Position numbers and translations under genes: made by a program. Positions 1-5,081 of a DNA stretch of 6,445 nt are shown here, piece by piece (the stretch's first letter is position 1; each line of letters begins with the position of its first letter). Source of the stretch: a virus. Lineage: Duplodnaviria > Heunggongvirae > Uroviricota > Caudoviricetes. The notes under the pieces were generated by a model. It worked only from the letters and a program-made list of their open reading frames with translations. It was not told the origin of the DNA and ran no database searches. Where the stretch lies: IMG/VR virus record IMGVR_UViG_2778261514_000007, positions 1 through 6,445 of that record; one strand, written 5' to 3'.

Positions 1-64
1 TTTAACGTCCCCAGACCGCTAACGACGCATGTGCCATACGCCGTGTTACAACCAACCTTTCGTT

Positions 65-81
65 AACAACAGTCTGTTGTT
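65..81. promoter_or_regulatory. 17-bp perfect palindrome aacaacag-t-ctgttgtt (8-1-8), just downstream of the putative leftward promoter; candidate operator or 5' RNA hairpin
   Basis: Seen directly: positions 65-72 are the exact reverse complement of 74-81. Function is inferred from position only. Confidence 0.3.
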
Positions 82-91
82 TGTTCAGATA

Positions 92-120
92 ATGATGCTA
101 CTAAAAGTAGCAAAAATCAA
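92..120 (-). promoter_or_regulatory. PL/OL-like leftward promoter-operator module
   Basis: Minus-strand reading ttgatttttgctacttttagtagcatcat matches the module upstream of the cro-like gene (2485-2513, ttgcaatttgctattttaagtagcatcat) at 24 of 29 positions. It contains a -35-like TTGATT, a 17-nt spacer holding the dyad ctact-ttt-agtag (plus strand 98-110), and a weak -10-like CATCAT. An extra aagtag half-site lies at 128-133. Confidence 0.45.
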
Positions 121-350
121 CAACAAAAAGTAGAAGTGTGTATTTAATTTTTAGTTTTCTATATAACGTTATGAATTAAAAGGTTTTTCACAGATGGGGG
201 GATGTGGTGTAGTTACGTATAGAAAATATCGAGTGTCTTTTGTTTTGGTTTAATTATTAGGTTAATTAGATAGTAATAATTTTGGGGAAAATAGTGGGAA
301 CTATGGATACAACGGGTCAGGAACAGTGTTATTAAGCAGGCTACGAGTAT

Positions 351-372
351 AAAACCCGACCTGTTGGTCGGG
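351..372 (-). terminator. Rho-independent terminator downstream of the ParA-like gene
   Basis: 7-bp GC-rich stem cccgacc (355-361) / ggtcggg (366-372) with a 4-nt loop. On the minus strand the stem is followed by TTTT (complement of aaaa 351-354) then ATACT. It lies 37 nt past the minus-strand stop at 409-411. On the plus strand it is not followed by a T-tract, so it is unidirectional. Confidence 0.55.
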
Positions 373-408
373 CGAGAATTATGTTCGTTCTAAATCATGG
401 TTATTGTA

Positions 409-1494
409 TTACAGACACTTGACTACTGTTGAAACATCAGATTCTAGTGCTTCAATTTGTGCTCTATTAGCTTGGGTCGCCATACCATAGATAGTGTAAC
501 TCTTATGCTGCAGCCTACTTAAAGGGCATCCCTCATGGTTTATTATTGCTGCAAGAGTATTACCATCTTTGACATTTTGAACTCTCTCGAAAGTAGCCAC
601 ATTTGTGAACAGATGAGGATGTGTATTTAACAGGTCATCCGTGATTCTTTTGATCTCTTCTGCATGTGATTTGAATGCTTTTGCTGCATCACTTTCATTA
701 GTTCTTGAGCGGTTTTGTACGAAAAGGTGTAGTTCAGGTAGTTCGATAAGGTTTTGCTTTGCTTCTTTGTTGAAATCTAAGAACATTTCATCTTGTTCTG
801 ACTTGTCAATAGACACTCCATAAATAAGTTTAACAAGGTTTTTTATTCCGCGAATTGATGCAGCATCGGCAGTGCAAGGGATAATTATTCTATTTGCCGC
901 GACTACTCCCAATTCTGTGTAGCTGGCAAAACTTGGATTACAATCAATAAAAAATGTTTTTGCTCTGTCAGAAATGTTTTTATCGGCTTCAAAAGATGCT
1001 ATTAGATCTACCAGCAAAGATCGGCTTTTCTTCCATGCTTCTTTTACTGGGGATGAGCCAATGTGAGATATTAAGCGTGAACAGATATCAAGATCGACAT
1101 CACCAGGAAGAATATATAAGTTCTCTGGCATTTTTGCATTAACATCATGGGCTCGTACAAAGTAAGAAGATTCATTTCCTAAACGAGACAAAGGAGATTT
1201 GCTAAAACGCTCCTTGATATAACCTGCGATTGTAACATTTCTGTCTCGCAATTTATTTAGATTTTCTTCCCCGGTACCATTGCCACCAAGAATAATTTCT
1301 GAAACGTTTGATTGAGGGCATGAGTCAATAACCACAACATCTTGATCCGGATGAGATATAGCAAACTCAACGGCAAGATTATATGTAAGAAAAGTTTTTC
1401 CTACACCACCTTTGTTGTTCCATACTAAATATTTTGTATTGGTGGAAATCATATCTGCTACCCCATCTGTCGCTTCAGTACGTTCATTAATCAT
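409..1494 (-). CDS. ParA/MinD/Soj-family (deviant Walker A) ATPase, 361 aa, with a ~110-aa C-terminal extension of unknown function; no ParB partner
   Basis: ORF-track protein has NKGGVGKT at residues 27-34 (deviant Walker A with the signature lysine) and a ParA-like Walker B region FFIDCNPSFASYTELGVVAANRIIIPCTADAASIRG. ATG at 1494-1492 is preceded by AGGA with a 7-nt spacer on the minus strand. The gene is visibly AT-rich relative to the right half of the window (not computed). Confidence 0.85.
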   Translation of the reverse strand: MINERTEATDGVADMISTNTKYLVWNNKGGVGKTFLTYNLAVEFAISHPDQDVVVIDSCPQSNVSEIILGGNGTGEENLNKLRDRNVTIAGYIKERFSKSPLSRLGNESSYFVRAHDVNAKMPENLYILPGDVDLDICSRLISHIGSSPVKEAWKKSRSLLVDLIASFEADKNISDRAKTFFIDCNPSFASYTELGVVAANRIIIPCTADAASIRGIKNLVKLIYGVSIDKSEQDEMFLDFNKEAKQNLIELPELHLFVQNRSRTNESDAAKAFKSHAEEIKRITDDLLNTHPHLFTNVATFERVQNVKDGNTLAAIINHEGCPLSRLQHKSYTIYGMATQANRAQIEALESDVSTVVKCL

Positions 1495-1728
1495 TATCGT
1501 ATCCTGTTGTATAGAATTGTCTATTATTTATGTTTTATTTTGGTTTTTTTTGTGTTAGTAACGCACCCAAAGATAACATATGGTCTTTATCTTTTCTTAC
1601 TTAGGGTAACAGCTCAGTGTTAATCCATTTTTATGGACCAATGTGCCAAATAAAATTTGTATAAAGATTTTCTATCCTTATCTTTTATCATCTGTGCTCG
1701 TTTGCTTTAACGATTGCTAGATGCCTAA

Positions 1729-2469
1729 TTAAAGTCGATTATATTTAATCGACTCATGAATCAGTGCCTTACCCATAACATAAAGCTGATCTTGCGACTT
1801 CTCATCAATGTACCATTTCTCATAGGCGGGGTTATCCGAAAGAACAGCTAGTTTGTTGCCTTGCATTTGTAGACGTTTAACATGGAAAGTCTTACCGTAA
1901 ACGAAAGAGTAAACTCCATCAGTCTGGAAGTGGCGAACGGAAATGTCGACAAACAATCGATCCCCGGAAACAAGAGTTGGGGACATACTATCTCCATTTA
2001 CCGTCATAACTTTTATATCATTCTGAGAACGGTTTCCGAAAAGAGAACGGGCATGTTCAGTTGTGAACTCAATGGCGTAGAGCACATCAACATAGTCTGA
2101 AAGCATATAGGTCCCAGGTCCTGCGCTAACGCTAAGATCCAAAACTTCTATCCTGTATACATCGGGCTTTGTTGGATTGGGGATGCTTGCCATTTCCTTA
2201 CATTCCTCTCTATCTCCAACACCATATTCTAGATATGAAGCTGATACTCCAAGAGCCAACGCAAGTTTACTCATGACAGAGACACGTGGCTTCGCTGCGC
2301 CGATTGTGTATCGACGAGCCATTTCATATGTAACGCCCACAAGACTTTTGAGTTGAGTGACAGAGATTCCTTTGATTGTCATCAATTCGTTTAGTCTCTT
2401 GGCGAAATCTGGATACTTCTGTTCTTCTACCATAGGTAGAAGATTACTCACATCGCACGCGCTAGTCAT
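1729..2469 (-). CDS. cI-like prophage repressor: N-terminal HTH (XRE-type) plus C-terminal S24 LexA-like autopeptidase domain
   Basis: N-terminal HTH-like segment FAKRLNELMTIKGISVTQLKSLVGVTYEMARRY. C-terminal S24 hallmarks: Ser in NGDSMSP, Lys in HVKRL, and a possible Ala-Gly cleavage site in VSAGPG. The ORF-track start at 2490 is a TTG; the first ATG is at 2469-2467 with no Shine-Dalgarno, consistent with a leaderless PRM-type transcript as for lambda cI. Start is therefore 2469 or 2490. Confidence 0.85.
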   Translation of the reverse strand: MTSACDVSNLLPMVEEQKYPDFAKRLNELMTIKGISVTQLKSLVGVTYEMARRYTIGAAKPRVSVMSKLALALGVSASYLEYGVGDREECKEMASIPNPTKPDVYRIEVLDLSVSAGPGTYMLSDYVDVLYAIEFTTEHARSLFGNRSQNDIKVMTVNGDSMSPTLVSGDRLFVDISVRHFQTDGVYSFVYGKTFHVKRLQMQGNKLAVLSDNPAYEKWYIDEKSQDQLYVMGKALIHESIKYNRL

Positions 2470-2539
2470 TTCTATTTTAAGTAGTTGCAATTTGCTATTT
2501 TAAGTAGCATCATCCCTCTGAATTTCAGAGGAGAAAGGT
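2470..2539. promoter_or_regulatory. Divergent promoter/operator region (PRM-like leftward, PR-like rightward) between repressor and cro-like gene
   Basis: Exact 13-bp direct repeat ctattttaagtag at 2472-2484 and 2495-2507, each an imperfect dyad (ctaYt-NNN-agtag). -35-like TTGCAA at 2485-2490, 17-nt spacer, -10-like CATCAT at 2508-2513. On the minus strand a TAAAAT hexamer sits 4 nt upstream of the repressor ATG. A 17-bp palindrome (2515-2531) overlaps the cro Shine-Dalgarno. Confidence 0.55.
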
Positions 2540-2779
2540 ATGTCATCTCAAAACTACACAGAGAAAGCAGTAAAGGCTGCGGGAAAATCTTTATCTGAAG
2601 TAGCCCGTCGCTTTGGTTTTAAGTCCACTCAATCCGTCGCCAATTGGGTAATTAACAATCAAGTCCCGTCAGAACGGGTTTTACAACTTTGTGAGTTGGG
2701 AAACTGGTCCGTGACCCCTCATGAACTGCGTCCTGATATTTACCCCAATCCAAATGATGGATTACCTGAGTGCTATTAA
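2540..2779 (+). CDS. Cro-like small HTH regulator (YdaS/Cro family), 79 aa
   Basis: Strong RBS gaggag (2528-2533) 6 nt upstream of ATG 2540. The motif VPSERVLQLCELGNWSVTPHELRPDIY matches my recollection of the YdaS/Cro-family signature (..VP.ERV...E..TG..RHELRPD..). Divergent from the repressor, in the classic cro position. Confidence 0.8.
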   Translation: MSSQNYTEKAVKAAGKSLSEVARRFGFKSTQSVANWVINNQVPSERVLQLCELGNWSVTPHELRPDIYPNPNDGLPECY

Positions 2780-3416
2780 AAAGTTAGCGGTTCAACTGCG
2801 TAAACGTAACCACAGAAACGAGGAATTAACCGTGGGTAAAGAACCTGAATGGAAAGTTGATAAGCAACCAGCATGGCTGGTGGCAGCAATACGAAGAACG
2901 ATTGCTGATTTACCTCATGGCTATGAGGAAGCAGCGGAAATTCTTGGTTTGTATAAATCTGATGATATCACCCCAGCGAAAGATCAATTGCATAACAGAC
3001 TGCGTAGCGGTGGGGATCAAATTTTTCCACTTGAGTGGGCCATGGTTTTACAGGATGCCAGTGGTACCAGGCATGTAACGGATGCGATAGCGCGTCGTAG
3101 TAATGGGGTGTTTGTGCCGCTGGTGGACATTGATGACATTGACAATGGTGACATTAATCAGCGGCTGATGGAGTCAATAGAATGGATTGGCAAGCATTCC
3201 CAGTACTTACGCAAGGCAACTGCTGATGGAGTTATTGACCAGGCTGAGCGTGAGCAAATCGAAGAGAACAGCTACCAAGTAATGGCGAAGTGGCAGGAGC
3301 ATTTAACACTGTTATTTCGTGTTTTTTGTGCGCCGGAAAAGAGTAACGCCCGCGAGTGTGCAGCTCCGGGCGTCGTGGCGTCGATTGCTTCTGGTTGTGG
3401 AGAAACTAACGCATGA
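2754..3416 (+). CDS. CII-like / YdaT-family lysis-lysogeny regulator (family assignment tentative)
   Basis: Open frame 2721-3416, immediately after cro as in Rac-type immunity regions; family assigned by position and general resemblance only. Start is ambiguous: ATG 2721 (ORF track), ATG-ATG 2754/2757 (both overlap the cro 3' end, no clear SD), or GTG 2832, which has a good SD (gagga, 7-nt spacer). The stop TGA 3414-3416 overlaps the next ATG (ATGA). Confidence 0.6.
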   Translation: MMDYLSAIKKLAVQLRKRNHRNEELTVGKEPEWKVDKQPAWLVAAIRRTIADLPHGYEEAAEILGLYKSDDITPAKDQLHNRLRSGGDQIFPLEWAMVLQDASGTRHVTDAIARRSNGVFVPLVDIDDIDNGDINQRLMESIEWIGKHSQYLRKATADGVIDQAEREQIEENSYQVMAKWQEHLTLLFRVFCAPEKSNARECAAPGVVASIASGCGETNA

Positions 3417-4564
3417 ACAGTTTAACGGCAAATAACCGTTTGTCGCAACAGCTGGTGGTCAGCGTCGCTGAACACCTGTTGTTACGGCATGAATGCAGAT
3501 TACCAAATCACCTGGCTGTAAGTAACCACAGAGAACTTTACCTGACTGTGGGGGGCGAGTTGTGCAGGAACTTAACCGCTGGTTTCGTGACGGAAGAGGG
3601 CTTTATGTCCATGTTATTCGTTGGGAGCCAGAAACACAGCGCGTTATCTATCTTCGCAAAGACTACCCGCATGAGTGCTTTAGTCCTTTGTGGAAATTCA
3701 GGCGTGATTTTGTTGAGTGTGAAGGACCACCAGCATATTGATTCTGCAATTCCGGGACGTTACACTGTTCCGGCACCTTATAAAGCGGGTGCCGGGCGTG
3801 GAAACCCGAAATTCAATATAGAGCACAACCGCGCTCATGCGGTTTTTTCGTGTCATGAGCATCGTTACGCCCAAATTATGGTGGGGCGTGCAGGGCCAAC
3901 TTCGGTTGGGCCGGGTTCTATGTTGACCGGTATTTCCACCCCTGTACGTCTCACCACCTATATGGTCGTGGAAAGCCTTGGTGGTGAGTTCATTGAATTC
4001 AACATAGGGGCTGTCACCATGACTACTCTCCCAACCCAATCTCACCCTGAAATCACGATTATCAATGGTCGCGTTGTCACCACATCTCTTGCAGTAGCTA
4101 ATTACTTTACTAAACGGCATGAGCGGGTTTTAGATAGAATTAGAAACCTCGAATGTTCCGCTGAATTTACTGAACACAATTTTGTGTTAAGTGAATACAC
4201 CGACGCATCAGGCCGCAAACTCCCTTGTTACCAAATCACCCGCGACGGTTTTGCGTTTCTTGCTATGGGTTTCACGGGTAAACGTGCTGCCCGGTTCAAA
4301 GAGGCATACATCAATGCCTTTAACCAGATGGAAAAACTGCTTTCAAAGCCATCCACGCTGAGCGATGCCGCAGATAACGCCAGCGTGCTTTACTCCCACC
4401 TGTCGGTAATCCACAAGGTCTGGCTGCAGCAGCTTTATCCCATGTTGGCAAAAGCCGAATCCCCGCTGGCTGTAAGTCTGTATGACCGCATCAACGACGC
4501 GGCGCTACTGGCCAGTCTCATAAATTTGTCGCTGAACCCTTCAGAGGTAAGGGGGCGCAAATGA
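3413..4564 (+). CDS. Rha-family (pRha domain) phage regulatory protein with an unusual ~200-aa N-terminal region; possibly tandem pRha-like modules
   Basis: Residues ~203-300 (MTTLPTQSHPEITIINGRVVTTSLAVANYFTKRHERVLDRIRNL...ITRDGFAFLAMGF...) match the pRha domain as I recall it. The start at 3413 has an ATGA overlap with the upstream gene and a GGAG 10 nt upstream. The N-terminal part carries a weaker echo of the same motifs (VAEHLLLRHE vs VANYFTKRHE; VTEEGFMSMLFVG vs ITRDGFAFLAMGF). An internal ATG at 4019, preceded by GGGG, could start a canonical ~181-aa Rha. Confidence 0.65.
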   Translation: MNSLTANNRLSQQLVVSVAEHLLLRHECRLPNHLAVSNHRELYLTVGGELCRNLTAGFVTEEGFMSMLFVGSQKHSALSIFAKTTRMSALVLCGNSGVILLSVKDHQHIDSAIPGRYTVPAPYKAGAGRGNPKFNIEHNRAHAVFSCHEHRYAQIMVGRAGPTSVGPGSMLTGISTPVRLTTYMVVESLGGEFIEFNIGAVTMTTLPTQSHPEITIINGRVVTTSLAVANYFTKRHERVLDRIRNLECSAEFTEHNFVLSEYTDASGRKLPCYQITRDGFAFLAMGFTGKRAARFKEAYINAFNQMEKLLSKPSTLSDAADNASVLYSHLSVIHKVWLQQLYPMLAKAESPLAVSLYDRINDAALLASLINLSLNPSEVRGRK

Positions 4565-4785
4565 TCCGGAATATTTTCAAACGGTTTACCAATCAGACTT
4601 TCCGTTGTCCTCGTCCTGGTCAGTGGTACACCACGCCTGCAGGGCATGTTCTACGTGTTAGCCTGGTTGACCGTGAATGTCAGAAGGTGATTTGTGAACC
4701 GCTGGGCCGTAATTACCGCGTCAGTATGCCGCTTATAGCCTTTTGCTCCGGAAAAATGTTTAAGCGTCTGGGAGGTGTGGCGTGA
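4561..4785 (+). CDS. Small hypothetical protein, 74 aa, 4 Cys
   Basis: ATG overlaps the Rha stop (ATGA at 4561-4564); RBS aggtaaggggg upstream; stop overlaps the next gene's GTG. No family recognised. Confidence 0.55.
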   Translation: MIRNIFKRFTNQTFRCPRPGQWYTTPAGHVLRVSLVDRECQKVICEPLGRNYRVSMPLIAFCSGKMFKRLGGVA

Positions 4786-5081
4786 ACTGTTTTCAGTTTG
4801 TGTGCGGATGTGCTTTCGATAACCCGATTCAGCGCCTGATTATGTTGCGTGTTTTGATGTCGGGTTCTTCAGACGGTGAAGGCGAGAGAGTTATTGATCA
4901 TCAGGTGCTTGCTGATTTCTGCTGTTGTTCTAAGCAAGCGATATTCAGGGAAACCCTGGCACTGGAAAGAGCTGGTTATCTTCATATCCGAAAAATTGCA
5001 ACGCTTACTATTGATGCAAAAGCCAGACTACAACCTGCGCGTGGCTACACAATTCTCATGCTGCGGAAGGAGGTTGTATGA
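4782..5081 (+). CDS. Small hypothetical protein, 99 aa, GTG start, 6 Cys, possible HTH
   Basis: GTG at 4782 overlaps the upstream stop (GTGA); RBS gggagg about 8 nt upstream; stop overlaps the next ATG (ATGA at 5078-5081). The segment SKQAIFRETLALERAGYLHIRK is HTH-like. No family recognised. Confidence 0.55.
   Translation: MNCFQFVCGCAFDNPIQRLIMLRVLMSGSSDGEGERVIDHQVLADFCCCSKQAIFRETLALERAGYLHIRKIATLTIDAKARLQPARGYTILMLRKEVV

Noticed and set aside
65-81. Possible LexA (SOS) box, since the palindrome contains ACAG and CTGT
   Set aside because: Orientation and spacing are wrong for the CTGT-N8-ACAG consensus; here ACAG precedes CTGT with 1 nt between.
641-1142. Plus-strand ORFs 641-823 and 954-1142
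   Set aside because: Lie entirely inside the minus-strand ParA-like gene; low-complexity translations; shadow ORFs.
409-1494. ParA gene as evidence that the element is a plasmid-prophage with a partition system
   Set aside because: No adjacent parB, no centromere-like iterons, gene ends in its own terminator and sits in the repressor-proximal moron slot. Partition role not excluded but not supported.
1882-2100. Plus-strand ORF inside the repressor gene
   Set aside because: Antisense shadow of a well-supported CDS; no RBS.
2857-3078. Alternative-frame ORF within the CII-like gene
   Set aside because: Nested in a longer, positionally consistent ORF; no independent support.
3526-3741. Alternative-frame ORF (GTG 3562 to TGA 3739-3741, 59 codons) whose translation looks protein-like, next to a G6 homopolymer (3550-3555) that could mark a frameshift or phase-variable junction
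   Set aside because: The annotated frame shows pRha-like motifs across this same segment (VTEEGFMSMLFVG) and stays open for 1.1 kb with normal stop density in the other frames. A 72-codon open alternative frame occurs by chance at a few percent. Kept only as a low-probability alternative.
3698-4647. Minus-strand ORFs 3698-4120 and 4435-4647
   Set aside because: Antisense to the Rha-family gene in a tightly coupled rightward operon; Arg/His/Cys-rich nonsense-like translations.
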